Notes: generated by a model not told the origin, from the sequence alone. A DNA stretch of 64,000 nt from Candidatus Omnitrophota bacterium (GCA_028715785.1 JAQURC010000004.1:21885-85884), one strand, 5' to 3'; shown: positions 26,852 to 37,039, numbered from the stretch's first letter. Translations and numbers: made by a program.

Positions 26852-27454
26852 TTATCCGGGTTTTAAAATTTTATCTAATTCGGGTTTTAGCGAGCCGGTT
26901 ATATACTCGATCAGTGCAGTATCGCTAAAATCAAAGATGGATTTGCCCGCGTCAAAACTGATTATAAATCCGCGATCAATGCCGTCGCTAGACTTTAAAA
27001 TTATTTGTTTCTTGGTTTCCTGCGCCAAATGTTTGAGAAACCCCTTCTCTAATTTTTCTTTATCTTTTTCATTTAAGGAAACAATGATTTCAGAGCCCAA
27101 AGAAAGCGGCGCGCTTTTAATCAAGGCCCCGATAATTTCGGCCAGTTCTTCTGCGGCTAAAGCCCGGCCAAGTTCGGCCCTGGTCAAATTACCCAGCATT
27201 GCATTGACCTCTTTCCTTAAACTGATTAACAAATCCCGGCCGGCCTGTTTTAAAGAAGCGTTTGTAGACTCACCCAGTTTTTCTGCCTGGGTATTTGCAT
27301 TTTCAATAATTCGCTTGGCTTCTGATTTTGCCGCGCTAATTATTTCCTTGGCCTGCGAATCCGCTGCGGCTTTTATTTGGGCTGCCTGCTCCTGGGCGGC
27401 CTTTACCCCTTCCCGCTGGATCTTTGCGATCAAATCTTTAATTTCCTGCGCCAT
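26852..27454 (-). CDS. atpE: V/A-type ATPase subunit E.
   Basis: An Ala/Glu/Lys-rich N-terminal helix MAQEIKDLIAKIQREGVKAAQEQAAQIKAAAD and a globular C-terminus. 200 aa. Confidence 0.75.
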   Translation of the reverse strand: MAQEIKDLIAKIQREGVKAAQEQAAQIKAAADSQAKEIISAAKSEAKRIIENANTQAEKLGESTNASLKQAGRDLLISLRKEVNAMLGNLTRAELGRALAAEELAEIIGALIKSAPLSLGSEIIVSLNEKDKEKLEKGFLKHLAQETKKQIILKSSDGIDRGFIISFDAGKSIFDFSDTALIEYITGSLKPELDKILKPG

Positions 27455-28133
27455 ATAAATCTCCCAAAAGTTCTTCTGCCTTTTTAAGCGGATCCGCTGC
27501 TTTTAAAATCGGCCGGCCGATAACTAAAAAATTACTCCCGGCGCCTACCGCTTCTTTTACCGTAGCTGTCCGCTTCTGGTCGTCACCAACGGAATTATTC
27601 GTTCTTATCCCCGGAGTAACCATTAAAAAACTCTTTTTTATTTTTTTCCGTAAAGCCGCTGCCTCGCGCGCAGAGCAGACAACTCCATCTAAACCGGAGG
27701 CTAACCCCTGTCGCGCTAATTTTAAAACTTCTCCTGAACTGGCTTTTTGGCTGGTTAAAACCGTAACTCCGATTAACAGCGGCCTTTTTAACCCGGATAC
27801 TTTCGCCAGATGCCTGGCGGATGCTGCGGCCGCCTCGATCATTTCTTTGCCGCCGGAAATATGCAAGGTAAGCATTTTTACCTTCAGGCGCACAGCTTCT
27901 GCCACGGCGCTTGAAACAGTATTAGGGATATCCAAATATTTAAGGTCTAAAAAAACTTCCGCGCCTTTCTGATGTATTAACTCAACAACCTTTGGCCCAT
28001 AAGCAGTAAAAAGCTGGCTTCCGACCTTAAAGATTTTTATTTTGGGATAAAGCTTGTTCACAAAATCCGCGGCACTTTCCAGAGTATCTACGTCTAAGGC
28101 AAGTATGATTTGAGGTTTATTTAATCTTGGCAC
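27438..28133 (-). CDS. pyrF: Orotidine 5'-phosphate decarboxylase.
   Basis: IILALDV and the active-site region KVGSQLFTAYGPKVV...FLDLKYLDIPNTV. Confidence 0.85.
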   Translation of the reverse strand: MPRLNKPQIILALDVDTLESAADFVNKLYPKIKIFKVGSQLFTAYGPKVVELIHQKGAEVFLDLKYLDIPNTVSSAVAEAVRLKVKMLTLHISGGKEMIEAAAASARHLAKVSGLKRPLLIGVTVLTSQKASSGEVLKLARQGLASGLDGVVCSAREAAALRKKIKKSFLMVTPGIRTNNSVGDDQKRTATVKEAVGAGSNFLVIGRPILKAADPLKKAEELLGDLYGAGN

Positions 28134-29056
28134 GCTCTTAATTTTCCCGTAAGCTGGCTTAAATCCGGAATATTATTGCCCGCCATATATTTCTCTAATC
28201 CGGAGATAATTTCCAGGCTTACTCCGGGATTAATAAAGTTTGCCGTCCCGATACTGATCGCGCTGGCGCCGGCAAGCAAAAACTCCAAAGCGCTTTCCGT
28301 GTCTATTATACCACCCATGCCGATAATGGGAATCTTAATCTTATTATAAGCCTCCCAGACCATCTTAACGGCTACGGGCCGGATTGCCGGCCCGCTTAAA
28401 CCGCCCACCCAAGAACCTAGTTTAGGAATACGTTTATTTACATCTATACTCATACCGCCAAGGGTGTTGATTAAGGCCAGCGCATCGCTGCCGGCATCCT
28501 GGGCCGCCTGGGCAATTTCACTGATTGAAGTTACATTGGGAGAAAGTTTGGTGATTAAGCATTTTTGTGTGAATTTACGTACCGAGCCGATCACTTCAAA
28601 GGTATCTTTGGTATCCTGAGAGATAAGTTTATTTTTCTGCAGATTGGGGCAGGATATATTTAATTCGATTGCGGACACTTCATTTATTTTATCCAGCTGC
28701 TCAATCAGAACAAGAAATTCATCCGGGCTTTCTTCGGCGGCAATACTTACAATAAGCGGAACAGCCAGTTTCTTCAGGAAAGGAAGTTTCTCTCTGATAA
28801 ATTTATCGATGCCGGGATTTTCCAGGCCGATAGAATTAAGCATGCCGGCAGGGGTTTCACATGTCCGGGGAGGAAGATTCCCGTAGCGGGGCTTGACAGT
28901 AATGGTCTTGGTAACAATGGCTCCCAATTTTTTCAGGTCGATAAAATCCTTGAACTCTTCGGCATAACCGAATGTGCCGCTGGCCGCCATTACGGGATTC
29001 TTCAGCTTAAGCTTGCCTATGCTCAAGCTTAAATCGGGCTTGATCCGTTTTACCAT
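28121..29056 (-). CDS. pyrD: Dihydroorotate dehydrogenase (class 1B catalytic subunit).
   Basis: NPVMAASGTFGY, GAIVTKTIT, NISCPN and GGI..GMGGI motifs. Confidence 0.85.
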   Translation of the reverse strand: MVKRIKPDLSLSIGKLKLKNPVMAASGTFGYAEEFKDFIDLKKLGAIVTKTITVKPRYGNLPPRTCETPAGMLNSIGLENPGIDKFIREKLPFLKKLAVPLIVSIAAEESPDEFLVLIEQLDKINEVSAIELNISCPNLQKNKLISQDTKDTFEVIGSVRKFTQKCLITKLSPNVTSISEIAQAAQDAGSDALALINTLGGMSIDVNKRIPKLGSWVGGLSGPAIRPVAVKMVWEAYNKIKIPIIGMGGIIDTESALEFLLAGASAISIGTANFINPGVSLEIISGLEKYMAGNNIPDLSQLTGKLRACQD

Positions 29057-29847
29057 ATCAACTCCTGGCTTAAAAAAACCGGGCCGTCCTTACAAACTCT
29101 TTGGTAACCGTCTTTAGTAGAGACAACGCAGCCTAAACAAGCCCCGATCCCGCAGGCCATATGCTCCTCTAAAGAAAGCTGCGCATTAATTTTATTTTCC
29201 CGGGCAATTTCACTTACCGCCTTTAACATCGCGCGCGGCCCGCAGGTATAGATGACCGATGACCGGTGACCGGTGACCGATAGCTGCTGTTTTAACAAAT
29301 CTGTAACTTTGCCTCTAAACCCAACTGAGCCGTCGTCGGTAGCCAACCTCACGGTGCATCCCAAAGCCTTAAACTCTTGCGCGCAAAGAACCTGCTTTTT
29401 TGTCTTGGCTCCAATTAATATAATGGTGTCATTGCCAGCCCCGGAGGGGCGAAGCAATCTTTGCGCAAGAAAAACCAGCGGGGCAACCCCCATGCCGCCG
29501 GCAACTAAGATATTTTTTCCTGCTTTTGCTTTAATTGCCCCCCTGTAATCAAACCCATTACCCAGCGGGCCGATAATATCCAGAAGCTCACCGGGTTTTC
29601 TTTGGGACAAAACCTGCGTGCCTGCTCCGACAACTTCATAAAAAAGCTTAACTTTTCTGCCCTTTACCCTATGGACGCTGATCGGCCTTCTTAATAACGG
29701 CTCAAGCCCATTGTTAACTTTAATATTCACGAATTGTCCCGGTAAGGCATTTTTGGCAATTACGCCTGATTCAAATTCTAAATGCCAATAATTACCACTG
29801 AATCTTTTATTGGAGATTATCTTGGTTTTTATCTGCGCTATTTTCAT
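29050..29847 (-). CDS. pyrK: Dihydroorotate dehydrogenase electron-transfer subunit (FAD / 2Fe-2S).
   Basis: Ferredoxin-reductase-like fold, C-terminal Cys cluster ACGIGACLGCVV. Confidence 0.8.
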   Translation of the reverse strand: MKIAQIKTKIISNKRFSGNYWHLEFESGVIAKNALPGQFVNIKVNNGLEPLLRRPISVHRVKGRKVKLFYEVVGAGTQVLSQRKPGELLDIIGPLGNGFDYRGAIKAKAGKNILVAGGMGVAPLVFLAQRLLRPSGAGNDTIILIGAKTKKQVLCAQEFKALGCTVRLATDDGSVGFRGKVTDLLKQQLSVTGHRSSVIYTCGPRAMLKAVSEIARENKINAQLSLEEHMACGIGACLGCVVSTKDGYQRVCKDGPVFLSQELIW

Positions 29848-30529
29848 TATTTTGCCTGGTCCATTTACTAAGTAAAATTACCAAGATTACAAATAAAATA
29901 AAAGTTAAGAAAAGCCACAGGGATTGTTGAAGATAAACCCTAAATCCTTCCACCCTGATATCCTCCCAAGATTCTACCAGTAAAACAAGCAAAAGAAGCG
30001 TTATAATCGAGCCGACCTCCTTCTTAAACCAGCTTAACTTTACGGGAAGATAGCTGCTGATATCTAATTTTATCATGCTCGATAATGCAGGAAAAATGCG
30101 CGGGACCTTCCTGCAGTATTCTTCGTATGCCCCCGGAAATATCTTCAAAAGCTTTTTTTCTTCTTTATAGATCAGCAGTAAATAGCGGATAATAAAAACT
30201 GTAATAAAAATTGCTGCCGCCCACCATTGAAATACCGCCAGGACCACCCCTAAACCGATTAGAAATATCCCCAGATACATCGGGTTGCGCACAATTTGAT
30301 ACGGCCCGCCCTGGATTAATGCCTGGCTTTGCTCGGAATACTCTGCTTTATACCCGCGGGCGGAAACCCTGATGATTTGCCCCAAAAGAATAAGCGCAAA
30401 GCCTAAAAGCTCTATTATTTCTTCCCCAGGGTCATTTGAATAGTTACGGATAAAAACTTTGGGGAAAAACGCGACTACAATGACGGCGCAGACCATAATT
30501 ATCCCGTTAATCTTAAGGCGTTTTTTCAT
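29807..30529 (-). CDS. Isoprenylcysteine carboxyl methyltransferase (ICMT/PEMT)-family membrane methyltransferase.
   Basis: LIQGGPYQIVRNPMYLGIFLIGLG matches the family core. It has three additional C-terminal TM helices. Confidence 0.6.
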   Translation of the reverse strand: MKKRLKINGIIMVCAVIVVAFFPKVFIRNYSNDPGEEIIELLGFALILLGQIIRVSARGYKAEYSEQSQALIQGGPYQIVRNPMYLGIFLIGLGVVLAVFQWWAAAIFITVFIIRYLLLIYKEEKKLLKIFPGAYEEYCRKVPRIFPALSSMIKLDISSYLPVKLSWFKKEVGSIITLLLLVLLVESWEDIRVEGFRVYLQQSLWLFLTFILFVILVILLSKWTRQNNENSADKNQDNLQ

Positions 30530-30532
30530 GGA

Positions 30533-31333
30533 TTATTTTTGGCACTTACTACAAAAATAAGTGCCTCTTCCTCCCTGCGTAATTCTTTTTATCGGGCTGC
30601 GGCAGACAAAACACGGCTTGCCCTGCCGGCCGTAAACCTGATGAAAACGCGCGTAATCCCCGGGTTTGCCCGAAAGGCGCACATAATCATCTACCGAAGA
30701 GCCGCCATGTTTAATTGCGCTGTTTAATACATCTTTTATTTCTTTATATAAAGCTTGTTTTTCTTTCTCGGTTAAACTCGATGCGGCCCGGCGCGGCTCA
30801 ATCCTGGACCGGAATAAGATTTCCGCCGCGTAAAGATTGCCGATCCCGGAAATAAAAGACTGGTCCATAAGCAGAGGCTTGATCTTGGTTTTCTTTTTAG
30901 AAAGCATATCCTTAAAATCGGCGAAAGTCAAATCAAATGGCTCAGGCCCCAGCCCCTGGACAAATTTTAATTTTTTCCAGTCGCTAACCAGGCGCAGTTC
31001 TCCAAACAGGCGCTGGTCATTAAAATCTAAAGTTGTGCCGTCGAAAAAATGGATTGCCAGCCTGCTTGCGCTGCTGCCTCCGGGATAGACTAATTGCCCG
31101 GTCATCTTTAAGTGCACGGCCAAATACCGGCCATTGGATAATTCAAAAATTAACAGTTTTGCCCGGCGGAAAATATTTTTTATCGTCTGCCCTTCCAAAG
31201 ATCGCTTAAATTCTGCTGGCGCCGGAAAACGCACAACCTTAGGATTATGCAGGCAAACCTCGGTAATTTTTTTACCCGGGATTACCTGCTGCAGCTCGCG
31301 CTTAATTGTCTCTACTTCCGGCAGTTCCGGCAT
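30533..31333 (-). CDS. mutM: Formamidopyrimidine-DNA glycosylase.
   Basis: N-terminal MPELPEVE and C-terminal zinc finger CFVCRSPIKRITQGGRGTYFCSKCQ. Confidence 0.9.
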   Translation of the reverse strand: MPELPEVETIKRELQQVIPGKKITEVCLHNPKVVRFPAPAEFKRSLEGQTIKNIFRRAKLLIFELSNGRYLAVHLKMTGQLVYPGGSSASRLAIHFFDGTTLDFNDQRLFGELRLVSDWKKLKFVQGLGPEPFDLTFADFKDMLSKKKTKIKPLLMDQSFISGIGNLYAAEILFRSRIEPRRAASSLTEKEKQALYKEIKDVLNSAIKHGGSSVDDYVRLSGKPGDYARFHQVYGRQGKPCFVCRSPIKRITQGGRGTYFCSKCQK

Positions 31334-31334
31334 A

Positions 31335-32903
31335 TTAATTTATTTTCCTGCCTTTTATCTTGTAATATTCCTGCAACGGTTTCACTTTGAGTTTTTTCTT
31401 TAACAATACTTCTATGCCGCTGACCGTGGCCTGGGCCCCAAAGATGGTCGTGGTGTAAGGGATACCGTGCAAAATAACCTGTGAGCGTATTTTTACCTCA
31501 TCAAGCCGCGGGATCCTTCCCGAAGGGGTATTGATTACCAGTTGGATCTTAGCCTCCTTCATTAAATCCAGAACATTGGGATTTCCCTCTGAAATTTTTG
31601 GTAAAACTTTTGAGGCAATCTTGCTTTTGACTAGCGCCGCAGCTGTTCCGCTGGAAGCATAGATCTTAAACCCCAAATCTTTAAGTTTTTTGGCGATTAA
31701 AATAATATTCCTTTTGTCGCGGTCATTAACGGAAATAAAGACGTTGCCTTTTTTAGGTAGTTTTTGCCCGGCAGCCAGCTGACTCTTGATATAGGCCTGG
31801 CCAAAATCCGCGTCAATCCCCATCACCTCTCCGGTAGATTTCATCTCCGGCCCCAGAATTATATCTACCCCCGGAAAACGGTTAAAAGGAAAAACCGATT
31901 CCTTGATTGCCACGTGCCGGGGAATAATTTCTTTGGTAAAACCTAATTCTTTTAATTTTTTCCCTAACATTACCTTGGTTGCCAATTTTGCCAGGGGCAC
32001 TCCGATTACCTTGGAAACAAATGGCACAGTACGTGAAGCGCGGGGATTAACCTCTAAAACGTAAACTTTTCCATCCTTTACCGCGTACTGCACATTCATC
32101 AGGCCGACTACATGCAATTCACTGGCCATATGTACCGTCGCCAGGCGGATTTGTTTTAATATTTCTGCCGATAGCGTATAGGTAGGAAGGGACATTGCCG
32201 CGTCCCCGGAATGCACACCGGCCTGCTCGATATGCTCCATAATCCCGCCGATTATAAAATCCCTGCCGTCGCCGACTAAATCCACATCGACCTCTATGGC
32301 ATCTTCCAAAAATTTATCAACCAGAATCGGATGCTCTCCGGAAACCGCTGCCGCCGCTTTAATAAACTTTTCTAAAACCTGTTCATCATAAGCAATTTCC
32401 ATCGCCCTGCCGCCTAATACATAGGAAGGCCGCACCAATACCGGATAACCGATCCTGTTAGCGACCTCTTTTGCCTCCTCAAAAGTAAACGCCGTCCCAT
32501 TAACCGGCTGTAAAAGGCCGAGTTTATCGAGCATTTGCTTAAAACGTTTGCGGTCTTCGGCAATATCAATGCTGTCGGCGCTTGTCCCTAAAAGCTTAAT
32601 TCCCGCTTTAAGCAAAGGAACCGCCAGATTAAGCGGGGTCTGCCCCCCAAACTGCACAATTACTCCAAGCGGTTTTTCTCTTTCAATGATGTTCATAATG
32701 TCTTCGAAAGTAAGCGGCTCAAAATAAAGCCGGTCAGAGGTATCATAATCAGTTGAGACTGTTTCAGGGTTGCAGTTAACCATAATACTTTCTATGCCTT
32801 CTTCTTTTAAAGCGTACGCCGCGTGGCAGCAGCAATAATCGAATTCAATCCCCTGACCAATACGATTGGGCCCACCGCCCAAAATAATTACTTTTTTTCT
32901 CAT
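31335..32903 (-). CDS. carB: Carbamoyl-phosphate synthase large subunit, C-terminal half only (second ATP-grasp module plus MGS-like domain), present as a stand-alone gene.
   Basis: MRKKVIILGGGPNRIGQGIEFDYCCCHA matches the start of the second CarB repeat. The MGS-like domain is at the C-terminus. No N-terminal half and no carA are adjacent. Confidence 0.8.
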   Translation of the reverse strand: MRKKVIILGGGPNRIGQGIEFDYCCCHAAYALKEEGIESIMVNCNPETVSTDYDTSDRLYFEPLTFEDIMNIIEREKPLGVIVQFGGQTPLNLAVPLLKAGIKLLGTSADSIDIAEDRKRFKQMLDKLGLLQPVNGTAFTFEEAKEVANRIGYPVLVRPSYVLGGRAMEIAYDEQVLEKFIKAAAAVSGEHPILVDKFLEDAIEVDVDLVGDGRDFIIGGIMEHIEQAGVHSGDAAMSLPTYTLSAEILKQIRLATVHMASELHVVGLMNVQYAVKDGKVYVLEVNPRASRTVPFVSKVIGVPLAKLATKVMLGKKLKELGFTKEIIPRHVAIKESVFPFNRFPGVDIILGPEMKSTGEVMGIDADFGQAYIKSQLAAGQKLPKKGNVFISVNDRDKRNIILIAKKLKDLGFKIYASSGTAAALVKSKIASKVLPKISEGNPNVLDLMKEAKIQLVINTPSGRIPRLDEVKIRSQVILHGIPYTTTIFGAQATVSGIEVLLKKKLKVKPLQEYYKIKGRKIN

Positions 32904-32974
32904 TTTACTCCACTTCCTTTAGTTTTTTACCTAATTTATGGGATAATTACTCCACTTCTAAATTATAGGTTATT

Positions 32975-33047
32975 TGCGCCTGGCAGGAATTGAACCTGCA
33001 CCACTAGCTTCGGAGGCTAGTGCGCTATCCGTTGCGCTACAGGCGCG
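32975..33047 (-). tRNA. tRNA-Arg (anticodon CCG), CCA not encoded.
   Basis: Reverse complement: GCGCCTGTAGCGCAACGGATAGCGCACTAGCCTCCGAAGCTAGTGGTGCAGGTTCAATTCCTGCCAGGCGCA. The anticodon loop is CUCCGAA. Confidence 0.8.
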
Positions 33048-34289
33048 TTAAAACAAACTTAATTGCTCTTCGCTCTTCTCCTGCTGCCCATGGTCATCAA
33101 ATATGGAGATGATGCCATATTCGCCGTCAAAACCTGCCTTGATATTAACTTTGCCGGCGCGCACGCGTAAAATGCCTTCCACAACTTTAGGAGGCAGGCT
33201 TTTGAGCAACTCCTCTTTTGAAGCTTCGAGTAAAATATTAAATTCAGTGCCAAATTTAGCTAAATAACCGCGATAGTCTCTTTCAACATTTATCGAAGCC
33301 TTGCCTATACCTTTGGCTTCAGCAATGATTTCGGCAAAAGGAATTAAATTTTTAAAAGGAATGGCGTTTTCAGGCTTAAATCCTTCCGGTCGGTCGGCTA
33401 ATTTCTCAACGCGGTTAACCACCCCAACGGTAACCGGCTTGCCGCACTTAGGGCATTTCCCATTATGCTCTCTGGTTTCCTGGGGTGACATGCGCATACC
33501 GCAGAGGCGGTGCCCGTCAAAATGGTATTTACCCTCCTCGGGGAAAAATTCAATGGTGTATAAAAATCTGGTCTTGTCTTTGGTTTTTAAAACCTCGCGG
33601 ATAGTTTTGTAATCTAACTGGCAATTAAAAACATTGGCCTCCCGGCCGATCTTCTGCGGCGAATGCGAATCGCTGTTGGAAATCAACGTAAACCTGTCCA
33701 GGGCGCTGAGGCGCCAATTCATCGCCGGATCGCTGGATAAACCAGTTTCCAGGGCAAATATTTTGGGAGTTTCTTTTTCAAAACAATCTTCGATCTTATC
33801 GAAGCCGGACATCGAACCAAACACGCTAAACCAGGGGGTCCAGATATGGCCCGGGATTACCATGCAATTTTCATCAATATCAAAAACAATGCGCGCAAGT
33901 TCGTCGGCGGCAATCCCGACAATCGGCCGGCCGTCAGAAGATAAATTCGCCCCGCGGCGGCTAAGCGCGTTATTAATTTTATCAACCACCGCAAAAGACG
34001 GAGCGAAAATAAGGTTATGGATCCGGTACCCTCTGCCTCCCTTAGAATAGATACTGCTGATTTCCGCGGTCAGCATAAAATACACGCCGGCATATTTGAA
34101 TAACCCATTTCCGCAATCTTCCAATGTGTGCTTTAATTCCTCCAGCCATAGATGATGAGTAAAATCACCCGTACCCATTAAAGTAATCCCTTTTAATTTG
34201 GCCCACTCCGCTAGATGCTTAATATCCATATCGCGGCTGGTTGCCCGGGAGTATTTAGAGTGGATGTGAAAATCGGCGATAAACTCCAT
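33048..34289 (-). CDS. PHP-domain nuclease resembling endonuclease Q (EndoQ), with a C4 zinc finger.
   Basis: PHP motif FIADFHIHSKYSRATS, further His/Asp metal ligands, a CPKCGK...C zinc ribbon and a C-terminal helical domain. 413 aa. Confidence 0.55.
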   Translation of the reverse strand: MEFIADFHIHSKYSRATSRDMDIKHLAEWAKLKGITLMGTGDFTHHLWLEELKHTLEDCGNGLFKYAGVYFMLTAEISSIYSKGGRGYRIHNLIFAPSFAVVDKINNALSRRGANLSSDGRPIVGIAADELARIVFDIDENCMVIPGHIWTPWFSVFGSMSGFDKIEDCFEKETPKIFALETGLSSDPAMNWRLSALDRFTLISNSDSHSPQKIGREANVFNCQLDYKTIREVLKTKDKTRFLYTIEFFPEEGKYHFDGHRLCGMRMSPQETREHNGKCPKCGKPVTVGVVNRVEKLADRPEGFKPENAIPFKNLIPFAEIIAEAKGIGKASINVERDYRGYLAKFGTEFNILLEASKEELLKSLPPKVVEGILRVRAGKVNIKAGFDGEYGIISIFDDHGQQEKSEEQLSLF

Positions 34290-34291
34290 AT

Positions 34292-35566
34292 TTACCTTTT
34301 ATAAACTACCTGTCCTTTGCAGATCGTATAATCTACCGCGCCTTTTAGAGAGTAACCAAGAAACGCGGAATTCTTGGATTTAGAAACTAAATTTTGTTTA
34401 TCAACTACCCAGGGCTCTTGATCAGAAACGATAATTATATCCGCAGGCGTCCCTTTAGCTAACCTGCCTGCCTCTAAACCCAGGATTTTAGCGGGGTTTA
34501 AACAGTATTTTTCAACCAGCCCCGGCCAATCCAAAACCCCTTTGGCTAATAATTCATTTATGCCGGCGGAAAGCTCGGTCTCCAGCCCCACTACCCCGAA
34601 TTCGGCGCGCTCAAACTCAATATCTTTTTCATTCTCAGTGTGCGGGGCATGGTCGGAGGCAATCACATCGATTGTGCCGTCTTTTAACCCCTGCTTTATC
34701 GCCATAAGATCTTTCTTGCTTCTTAAGGGCGGATTCATTTTCATATTCGTATCATATCCTAAAAGGGCGTCTTCGGTAAGGGTAAAATAGTGCGGGGCTG
34801 TTTCACAGGTTACCTTAATGCCTGTTTTTTTCGCCTGAGCAATTATCTCCACCGACTCCCGGCAGCTCACATGGGCAATATGCACCGCGGAGGCAGCCTT
34901 CTTGGCCAATTCGATATCCCTGCGAACCCGTTTATACTCTGATTCGTTAGAAATGCCGCGCAAACCCAGGCGCGTAGAATTAAAACCCAAATTGATTACC
35001 CCTTTTCCCGAAAGTTTTTTATCCTCAGAATGGCAGATCGTTAAAAGCCCGGCTTGTTTTGCTTTTTTGAGCGCCTCCAACATCAACTCATCGCTATCCA
35101 CCGAACATCCATCATCGGAGATAGCATAAACGCCGCTTTTCTTTAGCGCGGCGATATCACTTAACTCTTCACCTAAACGTCCTTTGGTAATTGTTCCGCA
35201 AATAAGCACATTCACCTTCGCGTCTTTCTTGATTATTTCTTGCAACAACCTGACGCCCTCCGGGCAATCCATCGCCGGCTGGGTGTTGGGCATGGCTAAA
35301 ACCGTGGTTACTCCGCCTTTGGCAGCAGCCAGCGTGGCAGTAGCTACTGTTTCCTTGTCTTCCCTGCCGGGCTGGCGTAAATGCACATGCATATCGATAA
35401 TGCCCGGGGCGACAATCTTATTATCGGCATCGATTATGGTTGCCTCCTGAGCTTGAATATTTTTGGCAACTTTGGATATTTTATTTCCTTCAACCAGGAT
35501 ATCCAGCTTTGCGTCAATTTTATTTTCCGGGTCAATTACCCTGCCGCCTTTAATCAATATGCTCAT
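34292..35566 (-). CDS. pyrC: Dihydroorotase.
   Basis: DMHVHLRQPG, a carboxylated-Lys region and DHAPH. 424 aa. Confidence 0.85.
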   Translation of the reverse strand: MSILIKGGRVIDPENKIDAKLDILVEGNKISKVAKNIQAQEATIIDADNKIVAPGIIDMHVHLRQPGREDKETVATATLAAAKGGVTTVLAMPNTQPAMDCPEGVRLLQEIIKKDAKVNVLICGTITKGRLGEELSDIAALKKSGVYAISDDGCSVDSDELMLEALKKAKQAGLLTICHSEDKKLSGKGVINLGFNSTRLGLRGISNESEYKRVRRDIELAKKAASAVHIAHVSCRESVEIIAQAKKTGIKVTCETAPHYFTLTEDALLGYDTNMKMNPPLRSKKDLMAIKQGLKDGTIDVIASDHAPHTENEKDIEFERAEFGVVGLETELSAGINELLAKGVLDWPGLVEKYCLNPAKILGLEAGRLAKGTPADIIIVSDQEPWVVDKQNLVSKSKNSAFLGYSLKGAVDYTICKGQVVYKR

Positions 35567-36494
35567 TTTTTGCTTCCCTTGCCTGGCTGACTAAAAATAA
35601 AACCGCCATTCTTACGGCAATGCCGTTAGTTACCTGCTCCAGGATTACTGAATTTTTCCCGTCGGCTACTTCGCTGGACATCTCAATTCCGCGGTTAATC
35701 GGTCCGGGGTGCATCACCACAACATCTTTTTTGGCTTTAGCCAGTCTTTCTTCGGTAATTCCAAACTTTTTGAAATAGTCCAGCTGCTCGGGAAAAGCTG
35801 TGCCTTCATCACGCTCAAACTGCATTCTTAAAACATTCACCGCGTCGGCTTTTTTTAAAACCTCGTCGATATTGCTGGAGGTTTTTGCTCCGGTTAGTTC
35901 GATTCCCACGGGAAGCAGCATCTCCGGCGCGCAAAGCGTAACGTTGGCCCCTAATTTGGTCAGGCCCCAGATATTTGAACGGGCAACCCGGGAATGGGCG
36001 ATGTCGCCGACAATGGCGACATTTAAACCTTTTATTTTCCCTAATTTTTCTTTTAAGGTAAAGATATCCAGCAACGCCTGGGTAGGATGTTCATGCCAAC
36101 CGTCTCCGGCATTGACCACGCTGATATCCAGGGCCCGGGCGAGCATATTGGCCGCGCCGGAATAATTATGCCGCATAATAATTATGTCGGCTTTCAGCGC
36201 CTGGATGTTTTTGCCCGTATCGATTAAAGTTTCGCCTTTGCGCACGCTGGATGTTTCGGTGGCGATATTAATCACATCGGCAGAAAGCCTTTTGGCGGCC
36301 ACCTCAAAAGATACGCGGGTGCGCGTCGATGGTTCGTAAAAAAGATTCACCGCGGTTTTGCCGCGTAAGGCGGGGACTTTTTTGATCTCGCGGGTGGAAA
36401 CTTCTTTAAAAGATTCGGCGGTATCTAAGATAAGTTCAATCTCTTCCGGCGATAAATATTCCAGACCCAAAAGATCCTTCTTGGTCCAAGCCAT
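35550..36494 (-). CDS. pyrB: Aspartate carbamoyltransferase catalytic subunit.
   Basis: STRTR, HPTQ and HPGP motifs. The start is chosen at MAWTKKD (36494), overlapping the pyrR stop by 1 nt. Confidence 0.85.
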   Translation of the reverse strand: MAWTKKDLLGLEYLSPEEIELILDTAESFKEVSTREIKKVPALRGKTAVNLFYEPSTRTRVSFEVAAKRLSADVINIATETSSVRKGETLIDTGKNIQALKADIIIMRHNYSGAANMLARALDISVVNAGDGWHEHPTQALLDIFTLKEKLGKIKGLNVAIVGDIAHSRVARSNIWGLTKLGANVTLCAPEMLLPVGIELTGAKTSSNIDEVLKKADAVNVLRMQFERDEGTAFPEQLDYFKKFGITEERLAKAKKDVVVMHPGPINRGIEMSSEVADGKNSVILEQVTNGIAVRMAVLFLVSQAREAKNEHID

Positions 36495-37033
36495 TATTGC
36501 CTCTCCGCGATTAATACCTCTTCGCTGCCATCGGATTCTTGCAGGCACACTTCCACGGATTCTTTATTGGAAGTCGGGATATTTTTACCCACAAAATCCG
36601 CCCGGATGGGCAGTTCCCGGTGCCCGCGGTCAACCAAAACTGCCAGCTGGATTGATCTGGGCCGGCCCAAATCAATTAAGGCGTCCAATGCCGCCCGGAT
36701 GGTGCGGCCGGTGTAGAGCACATCATCAACTAAGACTAAATTCTTTTCGTTAATATCAAAATCTATTTCGGTTTTTCGCACCCTGGGCTGGCCGGAAGCC
36801 AAAGCCAAATCGTCGCGGTAAAGCGTAATATCCAAAGCGCCGGTTTCAATCTCTTTGCCCTCAATCTTTTTGATACATTCGGCAATGCGCTGGGCGATAT
36901 AAACCCCGCGGTTCCTAATGCCAATTACACATAGCCCCGCGGTGCCCTTGTTTTTTTCGATAATTTCATGGGCAATGCGGGTAATCGCCCGGCTAATTCC
37001 TTCCTGGTCTAGTATTTTAGCTTTTTCTTTCAT
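36494..37033 (-). CDS. pyrR: Bifunctional pyrimidine operon regulatory protein / uracil phosphoribosyltransferase PyrR.
   Basis: PRTase motif [16 protein letters not shown]. 179 aa, first gene of the pyr array. Confidence 0.85.
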   Translation of the reverse strand: MKEKAKILDQEGISRAITRIAHEIIEKNKGTAGLCVIGIRNRGVYIAQRIAECIKKIEGKEIETGALDITLYRDDLALASGQPRVRKTEIDFDINEKNLVLVDDVLYTGRTIRAALDALIDLGRPRSIQLAVLVDRGHRELPIRADFVGKNIPTSNKESVEVCLQESDGSEEVLIAERQ

Positions 37034-37039
37034 CTATTT

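Noticed and set aside
29243-29275. Tandem heptamer repeat GACCGAT/GACCGGT x4 inside pyrK.
   Set aside because: It is in coding sequence (it encodes VTGHRSSV) and is not a multiple of 3, so it is most likely coincidental. At most it is a minor slippage hotspot.
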